Part shown: positions 1 through 11,330 of the stretch, piece after piece
Numbering within the stretch: the stretch's first letter is position 1
How the letters are laid out: every line of letters begins with the position of its first letter
DNA from: Octopus vulgaris
Taxonomy: Eukaryota
Reading direction: 5' to 3'
NCBI GenBank assembly: GCA_951406725.2
Contig: OX597814.1
Location: 194,804,001 to 194,868,000 of the forward strand
DNA length: 64,000 bases
Translations under genes and position numbers: made by a program
The notes under the pieces: model-generated
Databases searched by the model: none
What the model was told of the DNA's origin: nothing
What the model saw: the letters and a program-made list of their open reading frames with translations, nothing else

Positions 1-306
1 CTTTTAGGTAAACCAGCCTAATTAAATTAAATTTAATCAAGTCAATTTACCACTTGCCCGTCTCATCGGCAAAGAAGCCAGGAGGAATAAATATTCCACG
101 AGGCAACAGCATCGATGCCTTGGGAATATATACTCTAAAATTTACCGTCATCGCGCCAACTTATCAAAACTATGCATAGTCCAAAGATGATTAGAGTAAA
201 TGTTTTAAATTTTCCTTTGATTTCTGAATTACTACTATTTAGTGGTTTGAGTTTAGCTGCTCGTTTTAGGCCATTCCTTAATATTATTGTTGAATATATA
301 TATATA

Positions 307-538
307 TATTTCTTTACTGCCCACAAGGGGCTAAACATAGAGGGGGCAAACAAGGACAGACAAAGGGATTAAGTCGATTACATTGACCCCAGTGTGAAAC
401 TGGTACTTTATTTATCAACCCCGAAAGGATGAAAGACAAAGTCAACCTTGGCGGAATTTGAACTCGGAACGTAACAACAGACAAAATACCACTAAGCATT
501 TCGACCGGCGTGCCAACGTTTCTACCAGCTCACCACCT
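307..538 (-). mobile_element. Family M tRNA-derived SINE (Meta-domain-like centre), tail A
   Basis: Reverse complement reads GGTGAGCTGGTAGAA head, B-box GAGTTCAAATTC, core GTCTTTCATCCTTTCGGGGTTGATAAATAAAGTACCAG; more than 12 copies in the window. Confidence 0.85.
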
Positions 539-550
539 TATATATATATG

Positions 551-585
<35 letters not shown>

Positions 586-844
586 TTAATCATATCGAAG
601 GGAAATGGAAATTAATAGAAATTTTCACTTCCAGTGGCCTAACGTGTAAAAATTTAGTCCAAAGACTATGTATTACTCATAAAATACAGTGTGCATTTAA
701 ACACATAAGAAATCCACTCATGAGATTCAACACGCTAGAAAGAACAGCTAGGTTCTATAACCACAAAATTAGGGATAAAATCCAACAGGAATGAAATGAA
801 AAAATAAAAACTTTTACCATCTAGTTTCCTGGACCAACATCAAT

Positions 845-1052
845 GGGGTGGGACAAACACAGACACACAAACATATATATATATATACACACACACATGG
901 TGGGCTTCTTTCAATTTCCATCCACCAAATCCACTCATAAGGCTATGGTTGGCCTGAGGCAGTAGTAGAAGACACTTACCCAAGGTGCCACACAGTGTAA
1001 CTGACCCGGAACCATGAGGTTGGGAACCAAGGTTCATACCACACAGCCACAC
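845..1052 (-). mobile_element. Family C1 CORE-like SINE, partial
   Basis: GTGGCTGTGTGGTA head and GGCACCTTGGGTAAGTGTCTTCTACT CORE-like motif on the minus strand. Confidence 0.8.
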
Positions 1053-1559
1053 AGTTTTAACTGTAAAAATGCCTGATTTCAGAGATTAATTAAGAAAGTG
1101 AGCCTGGGGTTAAATTGTCCAGTTTAAACTCTATTTTATCATATCCAGTAGACATTTTGGGGTTCAATCTGGGGGTCAGACATTAATTAACACCGTCATT
1201 ACTTGTCTCATAAGGAAATTATGAGCCTTTAAAATAATGGTTAAATTATTTACAAGATTATAGAACTGCTTTAGTGATGCTTTCGTTATATTGGTAAGGG
1301 AGAGTTCTAGTCTGTAGTCTTCTAAATGGTAAAATAAAAGAATACTCCTGAAGAGATCACTGAAGCAAAAGGTGTACCATTCAGTATTTATGGATTCTTA
1401 GATGTTCTTATATTCTGAAGTAAAGTACTAGACAAGGCTGTCAATCAATTTATCCATATATTTACCAAAAGTAGTCTTGATCAGATAATGGCTTCCCATT
1501 TACAAAAAGATATGCTAAACATAAAAGCAGCTATAAACAGCACAGAGAATGTAGGCCTG

Positions 1560-2190
1560 GCACCCTGTCGGTTAAGATGACGAGGGTTCCACTTGATCTG
1601 ATTGACTGAACAGCCTGTTTGTGAAATTAATGTGCAAGTGGCTGAGCACTCCACAGATACATGTACCTTTAACGGAGTTCTCAAGGAGATTCAGCATGAT
1701 ATAGAGTTTTTTTGTTTCATCCTTTAGAAGGAACAGTTATTTGTTCCTTCTCGAGCCATGCCTGGCTCATAACGGGCCGGTTTCCTGGTTTCCTTGGCGT
1801 ATAGGTTCCCCACCTGGACGGGACGCCGGTCCGTCACAGGTGAGCTGTAAGATGCAGGAGGAAAGAGTGAGAGAAAGTTGTGGCGAAAGAATCAGCAGAA
1901 GTTCGCCATTACCTTCTGCCGGAGCCGTGTGGAACTTAGGTGTTTTGCTCATAAACACACACATCGCCTGGTCTGAGATTCGAATCCGCAATCCCTCGAC
2001 CTCGAATCCGCTGCTCTAACCACTAGGCCATATGCCTCCACAGGATATAGAGTGTGACAAGGTTGGCCCTTTGAATTACAAGTGCAACTCTATTTTGCCA
2101 GGTGAGTAGACTGCCTTGCTCAAAGACACAAAGTGTCACTGAGAATTGAACTCTGGACCTTACAATCACGAGTCAAATCTCCTAATTCAC
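1560..2190 (-). mobile_element. Family C2 CORE-like SINE, interrupted by a family R SINE
   Basis: Both halves match the intact copy at 63382-63706. Confidence 0.75.
1708..2043 (-). mobile_element. Family R tRNA-derived SINE (tail b), full length
   Basis: A/B-box head; 10 bp TSD GATATAGAGT at 1698-1707 and 2044-2053; tail hairpin GAAGGAACA/TGTTCCTTC. Confidence 0.88.
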
Positions 2191-2671
2191 AGAGAATGTA
2201 ACAGACAAGAATTCCATGATGAAATGGCTGAAGATTTCCTTTTCTATCCTGGGATGCACCTGGATACATCATCACTGATGTTTCCTGGAGTCATTAGGTG
2301 TTTGGGGATCTTCAACATCAGACCCCTTCAAACAGGTCGATCAATCCCCCACCGAGGTTGATCAATCCAGAAATATTAGTGAAACCTTCCCGCCTCCCAC
2401 TTCTTTGTTAATGAGAAGACATAAAATTTTGTATCCATATAATTCTTCTTTCTTAAACATGGCTTTTGACAGCTTTAAAACCATTTTAATTTTATGAAGC
2501 ATAAAAATGAAATAAGAGAGATAGTTTATAAGATTTTTAATTACACCATCTTACACATGTTTCATTAACACATGGTAGTTATTGGTAACACAATACAGAT
2601 TATATGATCAATACTTACTGTCAATTCATTGGTGACTGCTAACATTTCTGCCAGCTCTCCGCTTTTAATAA

Positions 2672-2886
2672 TCTTTTTTACTCTAGGCACAAGGCCTGAA
2701 ATTTTGGGAGGGGGGGCCAGTCAATTAGATCGACCCCAGTATGCAACTGGTACTTAATTTATCGACCCCAAAAGAATGAAAGGCAAAGTCAACCTTGGCG
2801 GAATTTGAACTCAGAACGTAAAGACAGACAAAATACTATTTAGCATTTCGCCCAGCATGCTAACGTTTCTGCCAGCTCACCACCTT
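2672..2886 (-). mobile_element. Family M SINE, tail B
   Basis: Same head and core as 307-538; tail ends GGCCTTGTGCCTAGAGTA. Confidence 0.85.
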
Positions 2887-2985
2887 AAAAGAAGGAAAGA
2901 TTACATGGATAATGTAGTTCTAGGTGTGCCTTAAAAAACTGGATGGTCGTGGATAGAATTTCAATGATCATAGGTCTACTCAGAG

Positions 2986-3214
2986 TTAGCTCCACACGGC
3001 TCCGGCAGAAGGTAATGGCGAACTTCTACTGACTCTTTCGCCACAACTTTCTCTCACTCTTTCCTCCTGCATCTTGCAGCTCACCCGCGACGGACCGGCG
3101 TCCCGTCCAGGTGGAGAACCTATACACCAAGGAAACCGGGAAACCGGCCCTTATGAGCCAAGCGTGGCTCAAGAAGGAACAAATAACTGTTCCTTCTAAA
3201 GGATGAAACAACAA
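2986..3214 (+). mobile_element. Family R SINE (tail b), 5'-truncated
   Basis: Near-identical to the reverse complement of 1712-1940. Confidence 0.85.
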
Positions 3215-3389
3215 CTGCAGAGAAAAAAAGAAAGAAAAAAATTCCCATGCAACAGAATCTGATATTGTTTGTGATATGGTATTTCACTTCTAGGATGTAG
3301 TTCTTTAGCTTTATGACTGACTTAAATACTCTGAAAAAAAAATCTGAATGCCTTTCAATCCCAATTTTTCTTTAATCTGAAATTATGTT

Positions 3390-3792
3390 AGGGTTGCGAG
3401 CTTGTAGAAACGTTAGCACACGGGACAAAATGCTTAGCGGTATTTCGTCTGTCTTTATGTTCTGAGTTTAAATACTGCTGAGGTTGATTTTGCCTTTAAT
3501 CCTTTCAGGGTCAATAAATTAAGTACCAGTTACGCACTGGGGTTGATATAATTGACTTAATCCGTTTGTCTGTCCTTGTTTTTCCCTTCTGTGTTTAGCC
3601 CCTTGTGGGTAGTAAAGAAACAGGTATTTCTTCTGTGTTTATGTTTTGAGTTCAAATACTGCTGAGGTTGATTTTGCCTCTCATCCTTTCAGGGTCGATA
3701 AATTAAGTACCAGTTGCGTACTGGGGTAGATCTAATCGACCGCCCCCCGCCCTCCCCCAAAATTTCGGGCCTTGTGCCTAGAGTAGAAAAGA
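3390..3792 (+). mobile_element. Family M SINE dimer (tail A then tail B)
   Basis: Core present twice; junction AAAGAAACA|GGTATTTC. Confidence 0.85.
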
Positions 3793-3847
3793 CTCTGAAA
3801 CCGAGTTGTCTGTATACAAAATCATGTTAGTACTTATCTCACTTTAA

Positions 3848-4067
3848 CCCATTAGCATTTAAACTGGCCATTTCCAGTCCAAATATTCCACCTGTTTTAT
3901 ATTCAAATTAGCCATAACCAGCCTCCTATACATACCCTACCATGTCATTCTTAAAATAAGCAATCACTTCATCAAAATCTCAAAGCTATGAGATAATACA
4001 TGATTGATTCAATGTGACGTCAATAAATAATCATTACCTTTGACAGATTAATCTGATTGCTAAAAGG
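3848..4067. mobile_element. piggyBac-like MITE, family 1
   Basis: TTAA|CCCATTAGCA...TGCTAAAAGG|TTAA; inverted homolog at 19715-19933. Confidence 0.75.
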
Positions 4068-4129
4068 TTAAACAATTCTTTTGTTGTCTATTTACAAAAT
4101 CCTTAATAAAAATGTGAATATTTAGATTA

Positions 4130-4446
4130 TTTTTATTTATTTATGCGCCCTTTTCAAGCCTAGCCAGGCTCATGGGCCCGGTTTCCTGGTTTCTGTGGTG
4201 TATGTGTTCCCCCAGCTGTACGGGACGCCAGTCCATCGCAGCATTACTCAAGAAACAGGAAGAAAGAGTGAGAGAAAGTTATGGCGAAAGAGTACAACAG
4301 GGGTCGCCACCCCCCCTGCCAGAGCCTCATGGAGCTTTAGGTGTTTTCGCTCAATAAACACACACAACGCCCGGTCTGGGAATCGAAACCACGATCCTCC
4401 GACCACGAGTCCGCTGCCCTAACCACTGGGCCATTGCACCTCCACA
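4130..4446 (-). mobile_element. Family R SINE (tail c), full length
   Basis: 13 bp TSD AATATTTAGATTA at 4117-4129 and 4447-4459; (TAAA)n end. Confidence 0.88.
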
Positions 4447-4492
4447 AATATTTAGATTACCATACACAATTCTCTGTTTATTTATGGAATTA

Positions 4493-4704
4493 TTGATTTC
4501 AAATTTTGGTACAAGGCTAGCATTTTCAGTGGAGGGGTTAAGTCGATTACATCAACTCCCAGTCCTCAACCAGGATTTATTTTATTGGCCTTGAAAGGAT
4601 GAAAGGCAAATACAACTTTGGCAGGGTTTGAACTCAGAATGTAAAGATGAAATAAACTGCTGCTAAGTATTTTGCCGAACATGCTAATGGTTCTGCCAGC
4701 TTGC
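4493..4704 (-). mobile_element. Family M SINE, diverged
   Basis: Head, B-box and core recognisable. Confidence 0.75.
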
Positions 4705-4706
4705 TA

Positions 4707-5440
4707 TGCATCATCTGAATGTGGCTGATGCAAGTGCCCCCTGACTGGCTCCCATGCTGGTGGCATGTAAAAAATACCAACCAAATGTGGCTGATGCCAG
4801 GCATGCCTGACTGGTTCCTGTGCTAGTGGCATATATAAAGCACCATCTGAACATGGTTGATGCCAGTGCCCCCTGACTGGCTCCCATGCTGGTGGCACGT
4901 AAGAAGCATTATCCAAACGTGGTCGATGCCAGGGCCACCTGACTGGCTCCCGTGCCAGTGGAATGTATAAAGCACCATCCAAACGTGGCTGATGTCAATG
5001 CCCCTCACTGGCGGCTCCCATGCTGGTGGCACATAAAAAGCACTATCCAAATGTGATTGATGCCAGGCTCACCTGACTGGCTCTCACACCAGTGGCATGT
5101 AAAAAGCACCATCTGAACATAGTTGATGCCAGGTCTGTCTGACTGGCTTCCATACCGGTGGCACATAAAGAGCACCATCTGAATGCAGTTGATGCCAGGT
5201 CTGCCTGACTGGCTCCTGTGCTGGTGGCACATAAAAAACACCATCCGAACATAGTCGATGCCAGGGCTGCCTGACTGGCTCCCATGCTGGTGGCACGTAT
5301 AAAGTACCATCCAAGCGTGGCTGATGTCAGTACCCATGACTGGCTCCCAATCCGGTAGCATGTAAAAAGCACTATCCAAACATGATCGATGCCCGGCCTA
5401 CCTGACAGGCTCCTGTGCCAGTGACATGTAAAAGGCACCT
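4707..5440 (+). repeat. 66 bp tandem array (about 11 units) forming the head of a family A element
   Basis: CTGACTGG-like motif recurs at 4741, 4807, 4873, 4939, about 5004, 5073, 5139, 5205, 5271, about 5336 and 5402. Confidence 0.92.
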
Positions 5441-5600
5441 ACAACACTCTTGGAGTGGTTGGTGTTAGGAAGGGCATCCAGCTGTGGAAACATTGCCAGA
5501 TCAGATTGGAGCCTGGTGCAGCTGGTGGCTTTCCTGACCTCAGTCAAACCATCCAACCCAAGCCAGCATGGAAAATGGACGTTAAACAATGATGATGATA
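4707..5600 (+). mobile_element. Family A non-autonomous retroelement: array head, RTE-type segment and (GAT)n tail
   Basis: GAGTGGTTGGTGTTAGGAAGGGCATCCAGC resembles the conserved RTE/Expander 5'UTR motif; ends CATGGAAAATGGACGTTAAACAAT(GAT)n; about 19 copies in the window. Confidence 0.8.
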
Positions 5601-5944
5601 ACCACTAAATAATTCTAAAAGTAATTCACTTGTATGAGTAAATAAAAGTCTTTTTTACTTGTTTCAGTTATTTGACTGCAGCCATGCTGGAGTACTATCT
5701 TTAGTCAAACAAATCGACCCCAGGACTTATACTTTTGTAAGTCTAGTACTTATTCTATCTGCCTCTTTTGCTGAGCTGCTAAGTTACAGGAATGTAAACA
5801 CACCAACATAGGTTGTCAAGCGATGATGAGAGACAAACGCAGACATACAGATACATAGAAACATTTCATTTTTTCTAGTTTCAGCTCAGAGCTGCGGCCT
5901 TGCTGATGCACCGCCGTTAAATATATATATATACATACATATAC

Positions 5945-5988
<44 letters not shown>

Positions 5989-6156
5989 CATGCAGTGCTC
6001 ACTTACTCAATAATAATAATAATAATAAAAGTAAACTAACAAAATCACTGCTAAACTGCAAAAAACTACTTTGAAATAAATAAAATCAAACTAAAAAGAG
6101 AAGAACAGAAAACCCTTGGCACAACTTCATCGTCAAATACAGAATTTATATCACAT

Positions 6157-6322
6157 AGGCACAGGGGTGGCTGTGAGGTAAGAAGCTTGCTTCCCAACCA
6201 CATGGCTCTGGGTTTAGTCCCACTGCATTGCACCATGGGCAAGTGTCTTCTACTACAGCCTTGGGCCAACCAAAGCCTTGTGAGTGAATTTAGTAGATGG
6301 AAACTGAAAGAAGCCCACTGTA
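6157..6322 (+). mobile_element. Family C1 SINE, 5' half
   Basis: Head and CORE-like motif, ends in (TA)n. Confidence 0.8.
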
Positions 6323-6331
6323 GAAAATATA

Positions 6332-6378
<47 letters not shown>

Positions 6379-6535
6379 AGAGTTTACAAAAAAAAAGTGA
6401 CACTGGTGATCTCATATCAAGATAAACAGCACATGACCTTGCAGGTGGGTCCCAGTTAGAATTTTCTTCTTGTCGAATAACCCATCCCGCTCAAAAGGTC
6501 CCTGAATAAAGGTTGTTTAAGGATGTTGAATGAAA

Positions 6536-6624
6536 CATCATCATCCTCATCATCATCATCATCATCACCATCATCACCACCACCACCACCACCATCACCA
6601 TCATCGTCGTCATCATCATCATCA

Positions 6625-6672
<48 letters not shown>
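6536..6672. repeat. Compound (CAT)n(CAC)n(TAT)n microsatellite
   Basis: Directly visible. Confidence 0.95.
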
Positions 6673-6674
<2 letters not shown>

Positions 6675-7107
6675 TATTTATTTATTCATTTATTTTCAAG
6701 GTGCCGACCTAACAGAATGAATACTGTGCCTGACAAAAATGTTGCAGTATTTCTTCCAGGTTTACATTCTGAGTTCAAATGCCACCAGAATCGACTTCGC
6801 CTTTCATTCTTTCAAGGGTTGGTGAAATAAATACCAGTTAACTACTGAGGTTGGTGTAATCGATTAGCCTTCTCCCTCAAAATTTCCAGACCTTATGCCT
6901 ATAGTAAAAAAGGCTGTAATTTTAAAAATAAAAATTATTGTTATTGCTGTTGTTGTTGTTGTCATTATTATTATTAGACGTAACTTCGGTATAGGTACCG
7001 GTGCAAGTATCGGATACATTTCAAGAAAGTGTTGTTTTTTTTATATATGGGGGGGGGGGGGTTTAGGGTTAGGGTTAGGAGAAAGGGGTTACTGTTATCT
7101 TCAGAAA

Positions 7108-7284
7108 TGCCAGTGACACTTAAAAGGCACCTACAACACTCTTGGAGTGGTTGGTGTTAGGAAGGGCATCCAGCCGTAGCAACATTGCCAAATCAGATTG
7201 GAGCCTGGTCAAACCATCCAATCCATGCTAGCATGGAAAACGGACGTTAAACAATGACGATGATGATGATGATGATAACCACTA
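7108..7284 (+). mobile_element. Family A tail copy, local duplicate of 5416-5607
   Basis: Shares private variants and the 3' flank ATAACCACTA. Confidence 0.8.
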
Positions 7285-7303
7285 TATATACCGAAGGATC
7301 GCC

Positions 7304-7428
7304 TTATTATTATTATTATTTTTATTATTATTATTATTACTTTTTTTTTCTTCTTTCAAATTTGCTTCCATTTCTTGCCGAGTGTCTTCCCGACTCTCAA
7401 CGACATTATTATTATTATTATTATTATT
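7304..7428 (-). mobile_element. Probable R4/Dong-like LINE 3' end inside a (TAA)n tract
   Basis: About 65 bp unique piece (GTCGGGAAGACACTCGG...A-rich) flanked on both sides by (TAA)n, the known Dong target. Confidence 0.4.
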
Positions 7429-7489
7429 GTTGCTGTTGTTGTCCTAACAGGCCAAGCATAATATCATTATTATAATTGTTGTTATTGTC

Positions 7490-7775
7490 TCAGTCGTTTT
7501 AAAAGCGTTAAGAAATGCTGTTACCGCAAGGGGAAGGTACTCTGAGAGACTGTTGGAGGTCGGCGAAGTCGCGGCTGTCCTAGCTCTGCTTATCAACAGA
7601 TGATGCCAACTGCCAGAAAGTCTTCAGAGCAGTAGGGACTATCCTCGACGTGTCCATTGTCACATAATAATTTCAGGTCAGTTTATTTAACACATTCACC
7701 CCGCACTGTCGCTTATCATTTTTTTTATCTCTCCGCATTTTTTTTTTCTCTCACTATTACATCATCCGTTAATTG
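7490..7775 (+). other. Candidate non-coding first exon in a CpG-richer island
   Basis: Unique CpG-retaining sequence; donors CAG|GTCAGT (7677) and TTG|GTGAGT (7776); no convincing ORF. Confidence 0.35.
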
Positions 7776-10700
7776 GTGAGTTTTCAGCCCTAAATTCCGT
7801 TTTTCTCTCTCTCTCTCACACAACCCATCTTTATTATTCTCTTCTGTGATTCTGGGTGGGGAAAAAATGTCAAACTTAATTTGTTTATGTAAAACTTTAT
7901 GATTTATATTTATTATGTAAGAAATTATCCATGCTCATTTCAGTTTGTTTTTGTTGGGTGCCGTGGTATAGCAGTTTTCGGCGAATCCAGTTCGCGATAT
8001 TGTTTCATTCCGTTCTCCTTTCATTCACTCCGCATTTCTAATTACTTTACGGAAAACTTTTACAAATACTAAATTTCTCCTTTATCTCTCTGAAAATAAA
8101 AGAAAAAGGAAAGAAACCACAGACTTCATTTGTAAATAGAAAGAAAACGGGATTAAGGTTTCGTAGTATCGCTACGATCGTAATAATGATAATAGTAATA
8201 ATAATATAAGAACAACACAGAACCGCCCCCAGCAATAGTTCTAAGATTTTATGTTTGTGATGGCGTGTATGTGATACAGGGATAAATTCTTAGTAAAAAG
8301 GGTTCAGCAAGTGTGTACATTTCTCTGTTTCAATGACTTAGAGCGGTGACTTAGCAGAAATTGTGTCTCTCTCGACAATCGTAGTTTCACTCCATTTACA
8401 TTCCAAGTTTGAATTTGGCCCAGACTTGACATTGCTTCACCCCCTAGACATAAAAATAATCATCGGCAATATACAGAGATCGCTTCAAGAAGACGGAAGA
8501 GGAATAGGGTTTATTGATCCTTAGAAAGTTGTCCTAGTTCCTTGTCCAAGGAAATCAATCTCGCATAAGATGAAAGCAATTACTTGCAATTCTCAGAAGC
8601 TCTTAAGTGGTCGCCTGACCTACTACAAGTAGCAAACCTCCTTCAATCCACATCCTACTCAGTTAAATAAAGGGCATGTTGGATAATGTAATCTTTGATA
8701 TGTAATTATTGATGAAGAAGCAAGGCGAGATGGTTACGGCTTAACGTCTTTGACCATAGGTCTATCTGAGCAGGGCTAACCTGTGATTAAACATATACAT
8801 AAGTATTATGTATGTGTGTGTGTGGGCGAATAGTTAAGTGGATGTAGTTGAAATCCAGCAAGAAAGCGTTAACTGGCATCCAAAGATAACTTAAGGTGAC
8901 CCCATATCGTAACAATTTTCTTAGCTTTAATTTATACAAGCGAAGAACTTGACTAGAAGATAAAGGTGGACTGGGAAATAATGATTTCTTCGTTGAAGAT
9001 AATGGGTTTTATTTCCTTTTTGAGGGAAAAATATTTAACCGATGTAAGTTTATTACTGGTATTTATCGCCCTAAGGGACGGATGGAAAGTAGTCAAGAAT
9101 GTCATTTGATGCTTTATTGTTTATTTTTAATCGTGATTTAAGATTGTCGACACCTACACATTTCTATAATTCTTTTACACATATTTTATGCTGAGAATAA
9201 ATACACTTGTATATTACACAATCCTAAGCAAGTTCAGGTATTCTCTCATTGAATTATTTTTCAAACGTCCTTCCTTTTTCTAAATCTCAGCTTTACATAA
9301 TTCTTTGTCTTTTTTTTTCCCCAGGGAAATTGTCATTTCGTCATCTCTAGTGTGTGTATGTGTCTGTGTGAAGCCAAATATGTAATCAAAACCGAGTGAC
9401 CGATTGAATAACAATGAACAGCTGATTCTTACACCGGGGTTGTATGTTTGCCATCAAATACAACTTCTAAATATAATTAAATTAATCACCTGTTTATTAA
9501 TTTCAGAAATATTTAAGCAAAGAAATACCGAAATAATAATAGTAATGGTTTCAAATTTCGGCACAGATCCAGCAGTTTTTGAGAGGAGGGGCAGTTTCGA
9601 TTACATCGATTCAAGGTTTCTATTTTGGTTAGATACAAAAGTAGTTATTGTTTGAGCAAGCCTATGGCATCAAAGTAGTCGGCCTGGATGGCATTATTCA
9701 GTATTTATATTTGTCCTCTTTTAAGACTTTTAGACATACTTTCTTTGGGGAGACTTGGCTGGCAATTACTTCTGTCAGGATCTACCGCATTCTTACATAA
9801 GGACGGTTTCCTTGTATTTTATTTCATCAGCTCGGATGACATAAATCTTTAATTTCTTCCGAGAAAATTCTTGCCATTCTCAACATCATTACCGTCGGTG
9901 TGATCACAGTCCAATAAATTATGGCTAATACATTTTTATGCCTAAATATCGTTATAAAAATAATGTCCATTCCTTACTTATGTATAAAGCCTGAAATTCT
10001 CTTCTAAGTATCTCCACAAGCGGTGTTATTGTTGCAATAACAATATTAACTCTTCAGATACTGTATTAAATAATGTAAATAACTAGTTTATATTTTATTT
10101 GACTTGGCTGGTTCCTTTCTTTAACCGGTCACTATTTTAAGCCGTTTTCTTAATTTTATTCAGTGTTGGGATAAATAGATAATTCTTGAACAGTGAATCT
10201 ACTAGATTCTTCTTTTTGGCTTCTTTCGCCGTTTTTCATTCATGACCTTCACAGTTCCTCACATCTTTGGTGGTGGAAGGGTTTCTATTAAGAGTGAAGT
10301 AGCGCTCGATACAAACACACAGACATGTATGTATTTGAATATCAAATTTAATTTTGGATTAAAAGTTATTGTCCGATCCACTGTGTCTTGTATTTTGTAC
10401 TATGCACAATAGTATTTATATGGTCGAGTTTTGTTTACTTCTTTTGTCTGTACGGTAAATTCATATATCTATCTGTTTTTGGTGTTGGTCTCTGTGGCTC
10501 TGTATGTCTACTTGTGTCTGTGTGTATACGGGATCTATTATTATCTCATATTTGTCCTTAAGAGACTTAAAAACAGAAATTGTATGTGTATATCTCAAGA
10601 GGAGACACAGTGTTTATGGATTTGTCGTTTTGGGTCTCATTCGTTAAGCTGTAACTAATAGCTATTTTCAAGTTTCGTGAAAACTTGAAAATCGTCGTCC

Positions 10701-11084
10701 TCGGGTGTCATAGACAAGCAGACCATTTCGATGCTACTGAATAACGCCTTAACAACATTCTCTTCTTGGTTTTCGCTGTAGTTGACGAAGTTCATGTTAG
10801 TCTTATTTGTTGATGCTAATTGTCCTAACTCTCACTGTATCGAACTCTATTTTTCACCCGAATTATTCCATGTAAGACTCCAGGGCGGTTTTCCTTGTTA
10901 CAGAACCACCACCAGCATAGCTAGAGTGTGTGCCGTCCGGGGCGGCCCTTCTGTTTGCCGCCTACGGACCCCACAAAAAAATACATATTGCCTACAGCAG
11001 ACCCAAAAGTGCCGCCCCATTAAAGTCTCGGACCGCAGTTATGAACTCATTTGCGTACAACTAATCAGAGCTAAACTACCAAAC

Positions 11085-11330
11085 TAATTTATAAGTGCAT
11101 AACAAGTGATGGGCGATAAGATAAGGTCACTTGGGTAAGGAATAACCATGCTTCTTTTCTCTTTTAAGAATGCTTGTTGTTCTTGCTTCAACCATCGCTG
11201 CCTCTGCATAGTTATTTGTGTTGTTGTTTACTTTGTAAAAGTAAGAGGAGAGAGTAGCTAGCACATCACCCTCTACCCACATTTTTCCCATCCACATCTT
11301 TACCATATGGGGCCCTAACAAAATCCGATA
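11085..11330 (-). pseudogene. Decayed non-LTR reverse transcriptase fragment (R4-like)
   Basis: Reads ARTTSILK...YRP(fs)ITC...YKL, similar to the YRPITCL motif. Confidence 0.4.

Noticed and set aside
1250-1420. Possible Penelope RT remnant (FLDVLI); also faint LINE-like traces at 60600-61000 and 62780-62900
   Set aside because: Too decayed to support by eye; needs a frameshift-aware profile search.
4707-5440. CRISPR-like periodicity (66 bp period)
   Set aside because: Whole units are homologous, so there are no unique spacers; no cas genes; eukaryotic context; attached to a retroelement tail.
6523-6720. Poly-His/Tyr and poly-Ser/Leu ORFs
   Set aside because: Trinucleotide microsatellite.
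7063-7079. (TTAGGG)-like telomeric repeats
   Set aside because: Under 3 units; such runs are common inside non-autonomous DNA transposons.
7500-7680. Coding first exon
   Set aside because: The frames I read on both strands hit stops within about 40 codons and give no recognisable peptide.
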